NCBI GenBank assembly: GCA_949297125.1
Contig: CASFRS010000027.1
Location: forward strand, 76,465-140,464
Direction of reading: 5' to 3'
From: an uncultured Bacteroidales bacterium
Lineage (GTDB): Bacteria > Bacteroidota > Bacteroidia > Bacteroidales > G3-4614
Length of the DNA stretch: 64,000 nucleotides
The notes under the pieces were generated by a model, which saw only the letters and a program-made list of their open reading frames with translations, was not told the DNA's origin and did no database searches. Shown piece by piece: positions 9,964 through 19,471 of the stretch. A program made the translations under genes and the position numbers. The first letter of the stretch is position 1, and every line of letters begins with the position of its first letter.

Positions 9964-10449
9964 ATGAAAAAATATCTGTTATACATGGCCGCGGGCTTTA
10001 CGTTGCTGACATCGTGTTCCGATGTCAACGACGAGCGTATACCGTTTGTTTCCGTCCGCATAGAAATCTCGTCGGCCCAGCATACAAACCCGGCCTGGTG
10101 GCCTGCAGCCCCAGCCGAGAGCGTCGGATTCCTCACGCCCGACTATCCGACCGGATTCCCTTACACCATATCGTCATATACCGGATACGGCGGGGTTATG
10201 GTAGTGTGCGGGTACGACCACGCATATTACGCGTACGATATGGCCTGTCCCGTAGAAAGAGAGGCGGGCGTGCGGATATACGTCGATGAAAACATGGACG
10301 GGCGGTGCAAGGTTTGCGGTTCCACTTACGACCTCTTTTGGGGTAGCGGTGCGCCCAAGACGGGCGAGGCGTCAGTTCAGGGGTATGCCCTCCGCAAGTA
10401 TTACGTCTCCTACATTCAGGCCAACGATTCCTATCTGGTGTCCAACTGA
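9964..10449 (+). CDS. Small lipoprotein with a degenerate Rieske-like Cys motif
   Basis: 161-aa ORF with a lipobox (LLTSC). The segment ..YDMACPVE..(17 aa)..CKVCGSTYDL.. resembles Rieske CPH../CPxHG spacing, but both His positions are replaced. Confidence 0.6.
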   Translation: MKKYLLYMAAGFTLLTSCSDVNDERIPFVSVRIEISSAQHTNPAWWPAAPAESVGFLTPDYPTGFPYTISSYTGYGGVMVVCGYDHAYYAYDMACPVEREAGVRIYVDENMDGRCKVCGSTYDLFWGSGAPKTGEASVQGYALRKYYVSYIQANDSYLVSN

Positions 10450-10501
10450 CATGGACGTTCCCTCCGGTCGGCCGGGGGCATAAAGGCCCGTCCAGTCCGT
10501 A

Positions 10502-11740
10502 TTATCGCCTTCCGAAAACATTCCTCACATTCCCGGCGTCGCCTTTCCCCTTCTCCTTTAGAATCCTGTACCGGTAAACGAGGAAGGCCGAAAAGAAGTA
10601 AAGCAGTGCAAGGCCCCACAGCGACAGATAATACCCTTCCACGTCATGTATCGTAGCCCCCATGGTATTCATGTGGACAAACCCCTTGACGCAGAACGTC
10701 GACGGGATGAACTGCGCTATCAGCCTGAAGAAGTCGGGCATTGCGAAGTCGGGCCATGTAATGCCCGACAGGAACAGGAACGGGATAGAGGTAAAGACGA
10801 ACAGGATAAAGGAGTCTTCCCTCTCCTTGCAGAAAACCGACAGGGTCATCCCCAGCAGGATCGTCGCCAAAAGGAACGGCGTTATGAAAATATATATGTC
10901 CCATTGCGGGGCGTTCTGCGGGAAACGGAACATCCACGGTACTATGTGCAGCACGTAGATAGCGTTGATTATGTATAGCGAATAATAGCAGAGGGCCTTT
11001 CCCAGAATAAGGTGGATCACGTTGCGGTTTTCGCTTCCGGGCAGGTTGTAGTAGTAAAACCGCATCCGCCGCTTTTCGTACATCCCCCCGGCCAGCATCC
11101 CTATGCCCAGAATAAGGCTTTGCTGGAGAATCAGGACCAGCACGGCGGGAATAAGGAAAGTGCCGTATCCGCTTTCGGGATTGTACAGCGTAACCGACGA
11201 AGAGGGGATAGGGTTCATGATAACCTGCTTCTCTTTCGGCGAGTCGCTTCCCAGCGCGGCACATTGCAGCTCTCCCCCCATTTTAAGCGTTACGTCCGTT
11301 ACGGCAATAAGCAGCGATTTATAATTTATCAGCATGCTCATATCGCAGAACAGGACAACAGGACTCTGTTCGCCCCGCATCAGTTTCCTGCTGAAATCGC
11401 CCGGAATGTGCAGTATGCCGAAACATTTCCGCTTGTACATAAGTTCCTTGGCCTCTTCCATGTTGGCGCAGTACGATACTACCTCCACCTCGGGCGAGGC
11501 ATCCATGTCCCTTGCCAGTTCCCTGCTCAGCGGGGTACGGCAGTCGTCCACCACCGCCATTGGGACGTCGCGCACAATCTCCGGATTGTAAATCAGCGCG
11601 TAGACGACGGGGTAGGCAAAAGGAAGGGCAAAGAAGAAAAGCATCACGCCGTAGTCTCTGAATACGAAAGTGTATTCATCCCTCCATATCCTGCACGTGT
11701 TCAGGAACCCGATATATATCTGTCTGAAGAATCTTTTCAT
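10502..11740 (-). CDS. ABC-2 type transporter permease
   Basis: 412 aa: an N-terminal TM helix, a large extracytoplasmic loop, then a C-terminal cluster of about 5 TM helices (YhhJ/YbhS architecture). Confidence 0.85.
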   Translation of the reverse strand: MKRFFRQIYIGFLNTCRIWRDEYTFVFRDYGVMLFFFALPFAYPVVYALIYNPEIVRDVPMAVVDDCRTPLSRELARDMDASPEVEVVSYCANMEEAKELMYKRKCFGILHIPGDFSRKLMRGEQSPVVLFCDMSMLINYKSLLIAVTDVTLKMGGELQCAALGSDSPKEKQVIMNPIPSSSVTLYNPESGYGTFLIPAVLVLILQQSLILGIGMLAGGMYEKRRMRFYYYNLPGSENRNVIHLILGKALCYYSLYIINAIYVLHIVPWMFRFPQNAPQWDIYIFITPFLLATILLGMTLSVFCKEREDSFILFVFTSIPFLFLSGITWPDFAMPDFFRLIAQFIPSTFCVKGFVHMNTMGATIHDVEGYYLSLWGLALLYFFSAFLVYRYRILKEKGKGDAGNVRNVFGRR

Positions 11741-11742
11741 CG

Positions 11743-12930
11743 TTACGGAACATAATTCTGCCTCAATACGGCAAGTTTCAGTCTTTTAAGAAGCGGCAGG
11801 GAAGCCGCGAAAAAGGTAAACAGATAAAAATACTGCAGAATGGAATAATGGAACGGTATCCCGTTCAGGGCCTGGCCCGAATAAATAAGGAAATAGTGCC
11901 TGAGCGGTATTATCTCGCTGAATATCCTCAACGGCTCGTACATGGCCTCGGTAGGGAACGTAAAGCCGGCAAGCGACAGCGAAAGCACCCCGTACAGTCC
12001 CGCGACGCTGAGGCCGACCCTCAGCGACGGCACGAAACTCATGATAATCACCCCTACGCTCTGTGCGGCCACAACCATCATTACCATGGCGGCAATCATG
12101 GGCAGGAAGCCGTTCACGTGCGGGAACTTCATGTACCCGTACATCAGCGACAGGCAGAACGTGCCCGTAAGCGAGAAAAGGAGCGTCTGTGGCAGCAGTT
12201 TGCCCGTAATGGCCAGGATAATCGAGTTGCCGCTTTCCGCCAGCCACTCCCTTGCCGTACGGCGTTTTACTTCCTGTCCTATGCAGAAGCAGGTCATAAG
12301 CAGCACCATAAGGTGCAGCATACCCGGCAGCAGGCTGTTGTTCAGGTATATCGAGTAGTTGAGCCACGGGTTTCCCAAAGCCACGGCATCGTAGCTTACG
12401 GGTTGCAGTTGCGGCATAATCTGGTATTCGTATTCGCCTTTGGCAAGTTTCGTCTGCAACGTAACCTGTCCCGACGACAGTATTGTCATCGTCTTGAACC
12501 CTTTGAACAGCAATGCTCCAGGGATAAAGTACGCGTTGTTCGTATAGTACGATATTTCCGGCTGCCTGCCCGACAGCGCCTTGGCCTCGAACCCTTCCGG
12601 TATGATAAGGAATCCGAAAATCACCCCCTTCTGTACGGCTTCGCGTGCTTCGGTAAAGCTGTTGGGTTGCGAAACGACCTCAAGCGTCTCCAGCGAGTTC
12701 AGGTTCCTGACAAGGTTTCTCGACGTGGCGGACTTGTCCAAATCCACAATCCCTGTCGGAATCCTTTGCGGCAGGCCGCTCCGCATCAGCGGCAGGAACA
12801 GGGCGCAGCAGACGAGCGGGGCTATCACTATGCCCAGAAGATATACCGGTCGCGACAGCAAAATCTCAATTTCGCGCCACGATATCCGTTTCAGTATACC
12901 GGCGTAATATTTAATCCTGTCAATCAGCAT
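11743..12930 (-). CDS. ABC-2 type transporter permease (paralogue)
   Basis: 395 aa with the same architecture as the gene downstream; the gap between them is 2 nt. Confidence 0.85.
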   Translation of the reverse strand: MLIDRIKYYAGILKRISWREIEILLSRPVYLLGIVIAPLVCCALFLPLMRSGLPQRIPTGIVDLDKSATSRNLVRNLNSLETLEVVSQPNSFTEAREAVQKGVIFGFLIIPEGFEAKALSGRQPEISYYTNNAYFIPGALLFKGFKTMTILSSGQVTLQTKLAKGEYEYQIMPQLQPVSYDAVALGNPWLNYSIYLNNSLLPGMLHLMVLLMTCFCIGQEVKRRTAREWLAESGNSIILAITGKLLPQTLLFSLTGTFCLSLMYGYMKFPHVNGFLPMIAAMVMMVVAAQSVGVIIMSFVPSLRVGLSVAGLYGVLSLSLAGFTFPTEAMYEPLRIFSEIIPLRHYFLIYSGQALNGIPFHYSILQYFYLFTFFAASLPLLKRLKLAVLRQNYVP

Positions 12931-12963
12931 TTGCAGGCGGAATATTAATAAGCCCCTGTCGGG

Positions 12964-13962
12964 TTATTTCAAATCCATCAGAACCGACATTCCGGGCCGC
13001 AGGTTCTCCACCTTCTCCACGGGTCTGGCCTTAATTTCGAAAGTCTTGGCGTCGTAGCTTCCCGTAACTTTGGTGGCGCGCCATACGGCATAGCTCCCCA
13101 TATCCTTTATGTAGAAAACCTTCAATGTGGTCTCCCTGTTCCCGAGAGCGGGGATGGTAGCCTTTATTTCAGCCCCCATGGGGAGTTTCTGCAACAGTTC
13201 CTCCCTTACGTTGAACGTAATCCACATATCGTCCAGGTCCAGTACGTTCATTATCGGGGTACCCTGGCCCACAAGTTCTCCTGCGTTGGGGAAAATATCC
13301 GATATCTCCCCGTCAATCGGCGATGTCAGGTACGAGTCGGCCAGAACCGATTCAACCTGGGCAACCCCGCCTTTGGCAGCCTCCAGCATGGCTTTTGCAG
13401 CCTCCTTGTCTTCGGCCTGCGCTCCGCTCCTGGCCATATCGTATTGCGATTTTGCGGCTCTTTCCGTCGCAGCCATTGCCTTGTAGTTGGCCTCTGCCTC
13501 ATCCCTCTTCTGGGCTGAAACCACCCCTTTCTTGTACAGGGCCTCCATCCTGTCGAACGATTTTTTCGCTATCTCCGCACCGGCGGCAGCCTTTTGCCAC
13601 ATATCGTATGCGCTTGCAATCACTTCACGGCGTGCGCCGGCATCCACCTTCTGGTTCTGGGCCATGTAAACGTTGCGCATGGCTTCGGCCTGCATCAGTT
13701 TTGCTTCGGCATCCGAAGAGAATATCTCCACGAGGGTATCCCCTTTGCTTACCCGTTCTCCTTCCGAAACGAAAAACGCCGTTACCCGTCCGGGCAGTTT
13801 GCCCGAAATCCTCACCTGCGTAGCTTCGGCCTGGCCCTGTATTATTTCATCCCTTTCCGAAGTAAGGAAGAAACCGACGATTGTCAGTACGGCGATAAGT
13901 ATTACCAGCGAAACCAGGCCTATCGCTATACTTTTCTCTCTCTGTTTGCGAGCAGCATTCAT
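12964..13962 (-). CDS. HlyD-family periplasmic adaptor (membrane fusion protein)
   Basis: N-terminal TM anchor, lipoyl-like beta segments flanking a long Ala/Glu coiled-coil hairpin. Start taken at the internal ATG (MNAARKQREKS..). Confidence 0.88.
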   Translation of the reverse strand: MNAARKQREKSIAIGLVSLVILIAVLTIVGFFLTSERDEIIQGQAEATQVRISGKLPGRVTAFFVSEGERVSKGDTLVEIFSSDAEAKLMQAEAMRNVYMAQNQKVDAGARREVIASAYDMWQKAAAGAEIAKKSFDRMEALYKKGVVSAQKRDEAEANYKAMAATERAAKSQYDMARSGAQAEDKEAAKAMLEAAKGGVAQVESVLADSYLTSPIDGEISDIFPNAGELVGQGTPIMNVLDLDDMWITFNVREELLQKLPMGAEIKATIPALGNRETTLKVFYIKDMGSYAVWRATKVTGSYDAKTFEIKARPVEKVENLRPGMSVLMDLK

Positions 13963-14002
13963 AACACTCAAATTATAGAAGTTTGTAAACAAGTCCCTAA
14001 AA

Positions 14003-15463
14003 TCAGTAAGACATCCGGCCCAGAGCCTTCGACAGGTAAATGTCGCAGAGGCGGGCGTCTATTTTCGCGTCCAGCAGTTCCGATTTTGCCTGCAACCAGG
14101 CCGTCTGCGCCTCCATTACGTCCGAGGCGGTAAGTACCCCTTCGGCAAACCCGGTATTGGCATTTTGCAGGTTCTCTTCCGCCTTTTCCATGTTTTTAGC
14201 CGTCATTTTGAGTTTCCGGTACGCTTCGTCCAGTTTGAAGGCGGCCTGATTGACCTGCAGTTCCACCTTCTCCTTGGCGTCGTCCATAGTCAGTCTCGCT
14301 ATCTCCTGCTGTGCTTTCGAGGCCTTTACCTTGAACAGGTCGGCCGTATGGAAGATAGGGATGCGCAGTACCACGCCCACGTTGAACAGCCCGCCCACGC
14401 TCTTGTCGAACCCGTTCAGCACGTTGGGATTTGAAAAAGAGTAGCTCCCCACGAGGGCGATATTCGGCAACATGGCCGAAAGCTCCACGCGGCGTTTGTT
14501 GTCGTAGATTTTTGCAGCCATTTCAAGGCTCTGTATCTCCTCCCTGTTGGCAAAGACGTCCTCCATGTCTATCGCCTCAACCTTCCCGGGCGTCCCCGAC
14601 AAAGAAAGGTTCTCTTCGTCAGCAAGCCTGAACGGCGTATGGATCGGCATACCGCACATTTGGGCAAGCAGCATTCTCGACAGGGCAACGCCGTCGGTAA
14701 CCTTTGTCAGCGTAATTTCGGCCTCGTTCTGCTTTACGGCCACCGTCAGCCCGTCGGCCTTCGTGGCTACCCCCTCTTCAATAAGGGCGTCCACGTTATA
14801 TTGCAAAGTATCCAGAAGTTTCAGGTACTCTTCGGCAAGCTGCTGTTTCTGGACAAGCGAAACAACCTGCCAGTAAGCCTCATCCACGCCGAACACCACA
14901 TCCTTCACCGAGGCGTCCTTCTGCTTCTCGGCAATTTCCTCGGCGTATTTCGTAATCCTGTTGTATGCAATTATCTTCCCTCCGGTAAAAATCGGCTGGG
15001 TAAGCGAAACCATGCCGCCCCACATGTTTCTCGTATCGGTGCGCAGCGCATCCACCAGCGACGAGCCAATACCGTTCATGGCATCACCCAGGCCGTTGGC
15101 GAGGGGGGCGAGTTTTGCCGCGAGGGCAGGGTCTACGGCCGCAAGTTGCTTGAGGTAACCGGCAATGGGCGTGCTCATCTGCGAGCCGAGGTTCGGCAGA
15201 AGCGACTTTTGTCCGTCGTTCAGCAGGGAGACTTCCTTTGAACTGTACAGGTATCCCCCCGATACGTCTATCGTCGGGAAATAGTTGGCAAAGGCCGATT
15301 TCCTGTTGTACGAAGCCGCTTTTGCGTTGGCTTCCGCTATTTTAAGCGACTTGTTGTTCCTTATCGCCATATTGCGGCAGGAGTCGAGCGACAGGACCGC
15401 TTCGGCCGAAGCCGTGCCGAAACAGGCCGATATGGCAAAAATAACGCTCAGAAACCGTTTCAT
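14003..15463 (-). CDS. TolC-family outer membrane efflux protein
   Basis: About 486 aa with a signal peptide (MKRFLSVIFAISACFGTASA) and duplicated coiled-coil/beta repeats typical of outer-membrane factors. It is the first gene of a 4-gene operon. Confidence 0.88.
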   Translation of the reverse strand: MKRFLSVIFAISACFGTASAEAVLSLDSCRNMAIRNNKSLKIAEANAKAASYNRKSAFANYFPTIDVSGGYLYSSKEVSLLNDGQKSLLPNLGSQMSTPIAGYLKQLAAVDPALAAKLAPLANGLGDAMNGIGSSLVDALRTDTRNMWGGMVSLTQPIFTGGKIIAYNRITKYAEEIAEKQKDASVKDVVFGVDEAYWQVVSLVQKQQLAEEYLKLLDTLQYNVDALIEEGVATKADGLTVAVKQNEAEITLTKVTDGVALSRMLLAQMCGMPIHTPFRLADEENLSLSGTPGKVEAIDMEDVFANREEIQSLEMAAKIYDNKRRVELSAMLPNIALVGSYSFSNPNVLNGFDKSVGGLFNVGVVLRIPIFHTADLFKVKASKAQQEIARLTMDDAKEKVELQVNQAAFKLDEAYRKLKMTAKNMEKAEENLQNANTGFAEGVLTASDVMEAQTAWLQAKSELLDAKIDARLCDIYLSKALGRMSY

Positions 15464-15608
15464 ATCAAACAAATTAAGAACCATAGACAATCAGTGTTTT
15501 CCGTTACGGGTCGGTAAGGTCGGCAACGCGTTCGGCTGCCTTTTGCCGGCCGTGTCCGCACCGTTCCCCGCCAAGGTTGCCGCGGGGCGTATTGCAGGGG
15601 CAGGGCCG

Positions 15609-16523
15609 TTACTTTTGCAGGGTAATGGATTTCTCTCCAATCTTTTCCCCGTCCGTGAAGATTTCCATCCGGTATACGCCCGGGTACAGGTACTCTTCAA
15701 CCGTCCAGTACAGCGTTACGGGGGTCTCCTCGCTGTTATACTCTACAAGTTTCCTTGCCGAATAGTTTATTTCCGTGTCTTCATAAACGAACAGGTCGTT
15801 CCTGTTTTTTACCAGAACATCGTTGTCGGGTTTTACAATCCGCAGGTACACATACCTCTCCCCCGGTTGGGCGGTAACGTTCTTGGCAATGGAAAAGTTC
15901 ACCTCTATATACTCTATCTTGCTTATCCTGCCGGTATTCCTGCCTTTTGAATTCAGCGTGTTTACGGTTATCCCGATTGCATCGAGCCTTGAAGCCAGCG
16001 TAACCTTCTGCGCAAGCTCTTCCTTGTCCTTCTGCAACTGGGTGGCTGTTTCGGCAGCCTCCCGGTACTTGTCGCTCACGGCCCTGTTCTCGGCCGTAAG
16101 TTTCTGGTTAAGGGTGTTCAGCGAATCTATCTGTATCACATAGGCGCGCATCACCGACCTCAGCGTGGCAAGTTCCTTTTTCAGTTCGCGTATCCTTTTG
16201 GCATCGATATCCTTCGTTGTCTTCAACTCCTCCTGCAACCGCTGGACCTTCAGCTTTTCGTTTTCCAGCTGGTTGATGAGCGAGTCGTTGTTGATAAGCA
16301 TCTTGCTCCCCTCGAACCTGTCGTATTCAAAGGCCAGATTCGCATATTCGGCTTCAAGGTACCGTTTCTCCTCCTCTATGGCCATACGGGTCTTTATGTC
16401 GTTCATCTCTTTGCGTTGGGCCAAAATAAAGAAGAGCGAGACGGCAAGGATTATACAGAGTCCCAGGCTGATGAAGACCCATATATTCGCTTTCCTCTTC
16501 AAAAACTCTTTAAAACCGACCAT
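15609..16523 (-). CDS. Membrane-anchored coiled-coil protein, function unknown
   Basis: One N-terminal TM helix, about 170 aa of heptad-rich E/K/L sequence, then a beta-rich C-terminal domain. ATG at 16523 (the track start at 16529 is TTG). Confidence 0.6.
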   Translation of the reverse strand: MVGFKEFLKRKANIWVFISLGLCIILAVSLFFILAQRKEMNDIKTRMAIEEEKRYLEAEYANLAFEYDRFEGSKMLINNDSLINQLENEKLKVQRLQEELKTTKDIDAKRIRELKKELATLRSVMRAYVIQIDSLNTLNQKLTAENRAVSDKYREAAETATQLQKDKEELAQKVTLASRLDAIGITVNTLNSKGRNTGRISKIEYIEVNFSIAKNVTAQPGERYVYLRIVKPDNDVLVKNRNDLFVYEDTEINYSARKLVEYNSEETPVTLYWTVEEYLYPGVYRMEIFTDGEKIGEKSITLQK

Positions 16524-16554
16524 TTCCAAAATAATTACAGGTTACAAATAATGG

Positions 16555-16562
16555 CAAAGGTA
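16555..16562 (-). promoter_or_regulatory. Bacteroidota -7 promoter box (TACCTTTG on minus strand)
   Basis: TAnnTTTG match 32 nt upstream of ATG 16523. Confidence 0.45.
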
Positions 16563-16700
16563 ATCTTTTTACTCTAAAAAAACCGAAAGGTACAGTTAAA
16601 AGATTTATAAAGCGGCAAATACTTGTGGACCATAACCATAGGGGGCGTTTGCCGGAATCGGGCAAAATGGTTAACTTCGCACCGGATAACAACATGCGGC

Positions 16701-17264
16701 ATGCACATGATTAAAAAAATCTTCTCATATATATGGAATAACCGTATAATCCGGCATCTGTTCTATATGCTGGCTGCGCTAATCGGCATAATAGTGGCCG
16801 TAAACATCTTCCTCATGCAGTACACGCATCACGGCGAAGGGGTGCGCGTACCCGAAATAAAGGGGCTCAAGGTCTCTGAAATATCGCACATACTGCAGAA
16901 GCAGGGGCTGCACTACCAGGTGATAGACTCGCATTACATAAGCACGGCGCGGCCGGGGATAATCCTCGAGCAGATACCGCGCGGGGGCACGTCGGTAAAG
17001 CACAGCCGCACGGTCTATCTTGTCATAAACTCCATGGAGCCGCAAAAAATGGCGATACCCGAACTCTCCGACATCTCCGTCCGTCAGGCGCAGTCGCTTC
17101 TTGTGGCCTACGGTTTCCCCACCCCGCAGATAGAATACGTGGCCTCCCCGTACAAAGACCTCGTAGTGGGGGTCAGGGTAGGGGGCAGGCAGGTCGCGGC
17201 AGGCGAGAAACTTCCCGTAACCACGCTGATAACCCTGCAGGTAGGGGCCGGCGACGGGCAGTAA
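16701..17264 (+). CDS. PASTA domain-containing membrane protein
   Basis: N-terminal TM helix followed by repeats of the PASTA type (VPEIKGLKVSEISHILQKQGL.., IPELSDISVRQAQSLLVAYGF..). Internal ATG start (MHMIKKIFSY..). Confidence 0.75.
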   Translation: MHMIKKIFSYIWNNRIIRHLFYMLAALIGIIVAVNIFLMQYTHHGEGVRVPEIKGLKVSEISHILQKQGLHYQVIDSHYISTARPGIILEQIPRGGTSVKHSRTVYLVINSMEPQKMAIPELSDISVRQAQSLLVAYGFPTPQIEYVASPYKDLVVGVRVGGRQVAAGEKLPVTTLITLQVGAGDGQ

Positions 17265-17322
17265 AGAACAGGCAATACGCAAACAGAACAACATATACCG
17301 TACCGCAGTGCAGCCAGCAGAC

Positions 17323-18405
17323 ATGAACGGACCCTTCCCCGGCGGGGATATGGAAGAGGAAATTCCCGATACCTCCCCGGTCGGCGGGGCAGGCGAGGAG
17401 ATGTACGAGCATTACCGGTTCGTGGCCGACAAGGGACAGGCGCCGTTGAGGATAGACAAGTTCCTTACGGTTCGCACCGAAGGCGTTTCGCGCAACCGCA
17501 TACAGCAGGCTGCCGAAGCCGGGTGCATCCTTGCCAACGGCCGTCAGGTAAAATCGAACTACAAGGTAAAGCCCGGCGATGTAATAACGGTGGTAATGGA
17601 CCGTCCCCGTTACGAGACCGAGATAATTCCCGAAGAGATACCCCTCGACATAGTTTACGAAGATTCCGAACTGCTGGTTGTCAACAAGCCTGCGGGGCTT
17701 GTCGTGCACCCCGGGCACGGCAACTATACCGGCACTCTGGTAAACGCGCTGGCGTATTATTTCCGCAACGACAGGAACTTCGACGTCAGCGACCCCCGTC
17801 TCGGCCTTGTACACCGGATAGACAAGGACACCTCCGGGTTGTTGGTGATAGCCAAGACGCCTTCGGCCAAGACCTCGCTCGGCAGGCAGTTCTTCGAGAA
17901 GACCACCGACCGCAAATATTTCGCCCTCGTCTGGGGCCGTACCGAGCAGGACTCCGGGCGGATAGAGGGGAACATCGGGCGCAACATGCGCGACAGGCTG
18001 CAAATGGCCGTCTATCCCGACGGCAGCCAGGGGCGCAGTGCGGTAACGCACTACTCCGTAGTGGAGCGTTTCAGCTATACCACACTCGTGGAGTGCCGTC
18101 TTGAAACGGGCCGCACCCACCAGATAAGGGTGCATATGAAATACATAGGGCATCCGCTCTTCAACGATGCCAGATACGGCGGCGACCAGATACTGAAAGG
18201 GTTGCCCACGGCCAAATACCGCCAGTTCGTGCAGAACTGCTTTGCCCTCTGCCCCCGTCAGGCATTGCATGCCGCCACGCTCGGCTTCACGCATCCGGCA
18301 ACCCGCGAGCGCCTCTTTTTCAACTCCCCTCTGCCCCGCGACATGGAAGAGCTGCTCGCCAAGTGGCGCAATTATACCGCAAACAGAGAAAATTTTGAAA
18401 AATAA
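17323..18405 (+). CDS. rluD: RluA/RluD-family 23S rRNA pseudouridine synthase
   Basis: S4-like N-terminal domain and the catalytic motif HRIDKDTSGLLV. The first ATG is at 17323 (the track start at 17308 is GTG). Confidence 0.9.
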   Translation: MNGPFPGGDMEEEIPDTSPVGGAGEEMYEHYRFVADKGQAPLRIDKFLTVRTEGVSRNRIQQAAEAGCILANGRQVKSNYKVKPGDVITVVMDRPRYETEIIPEEIPLDIVYEDSELLVVNKPAGLVVHPGHGNYTGTLVNALAYYFRNDRNFDVSDPRLGLVHRIDKDTSGLLVIAKTPSAKTSLGRQFFEKTTDRKYFALVWGRTEQDSGRIEGNIGRNMRDRLQMAVYPDGSQGRSAVTHYSVVERFSYTTLVECRLETGRTHQIRVHMKYIGHPLFNDARYGGDQILKGLPTAKYRQFVQNCFALCPRQALHAATLGFTHPATRERLFFNSPLPRDMEELLAKWRNYTANRENFEK

Positions 18406-18417
18406 GTTATAAAGTTA

Positions 18418-18425
18418 TACCTTTG
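18418..18425 (+). promoter_or_regulatory. Bacteroidota -7 promoter box (TACCTTTG) for ddl
   Basis: TAnnTTTG match 17 nt upstream of ATG 18442. Confidence 0.5.
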
Positions 18426-18441
18426 TATTCAGAACCACAGA

Positions 18442-19461
18442 ATGACAATGGACAGAAAACGCCGTATAGCAATAGTTGCGGGGGGATATTCATCGGAATA
18501 TCCGGTTTCATTGAGGAGTGCCGAATCGATAAGGAACTTTCTGGATTCCGCCCTGTATGACCCTCTGGTCGTAATAATGGAGCGCGGTTCGTGGCGGGCG
18601 GAACTCCCCGACGGGACAACCGTACCGGTAGACCGTAACGATTTCAGCATTACCGTAAAAGGCGAGAAAATCGATTTCGACCTTGCATATATCACCATAC
18701 ACGGCACGCCAGGCGAGAACGGCCTGCTGCAAGGGTACTTCGACATGCTGGGCATACCCTATTCCTGCTGCGGGGTATTCGCCGCCGCCCTCACGTTCAA
18801 CAAATACGCCTGCAACCACTACCTCGCGTCGTTCGGGATAAACATATCCCCGTCCCTTCTGATACGCAGGGGCGACAAGGTAACGCCGCAGGAAGTGGCC
18901 GACAAGGTAACGTATCCCTGTTTCGTGAAGCCCAACGACGGAGGTTCGAGTTTCGGGACAACGAAGGTAAAGACCCCCGGGGAGTTCCTTCCCGCGCTTG
19001 AAAAGGCGCTGGCCGAAGGCGAAGAAGCCGTGGCCGAGAAGTTCATGCCCGGGACCGAGGTAACGTGCGGTTGCTACAAGGCGGGCGGCAGGAGCGTGGC
19101 GTTTCCCATAACCGAGGTGGTGAGCCACAAGGAGTTCTTCGATTACGAGGCCAAGTACAACGGCGCGGTAGAAGAGATAACCCCGGCGAGAATCCCCGAC
19201 GCCCTGGCGCGCCGGATACAGCAGACCACACTACGGATATACGACCTTATAGGGTGCCGCGGCATAATCCGTGCCGACTATATAATAATAGGCGAAGAGC
19301 CCTACCTGCTTGAAGTCAATACCACTCCGGGCATGACCGCAACATCGTTCATCCCGCAGCAGGCAAAGGCGATGGGAGTTCCCATGCGCGACATTCTGAC
19401 CGAAATAATCGAAGACGCAATAAAAAACAATCCGTCAAGAAAACAAGACGCAAAAAACTAA
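18442..19461 (+). CDS. ddl: D-alanine--D-alanine ligase
   Basis: 339-aa ATP-grasp ORF with segments (..GGYSSEYPVSLRSA.., ..HGTPGENG.., ..EVNTTPGMT..) typical of Ddl. Confidence 0.95.
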   Translation: MTMDRKRRIAIVAGGYSSEYPVSLRSAESIRNFLDSALYDPLVVIMERGSWRAELPDGTTVPVDRNDFSITVKGEKIDFDLAYITIHGTPGENGLLQGYFDMLGIPYSCCGVFAAALTFNKYACNHYLASFGINISPSLLIRRGDKVTPQEVADKVTYPCFVKPNDGGSSFGTTKVKTPGEFLPALEKALAEGEEAVAEKFMPGTEVTCGCYKAGGRSVAFPITEVVSHKEFFDYEAKYNGAVEEITPARIPDALARRIQQTTLRIYDLIGCRGIIRADYIIIGEEPYLLEVNTTPGMTATSFIPQQAKAMGVPMRDILTEIIEDAIKNNPSRKQDAKN

Positions 19462-19471
19462 GAAAAAGGAT

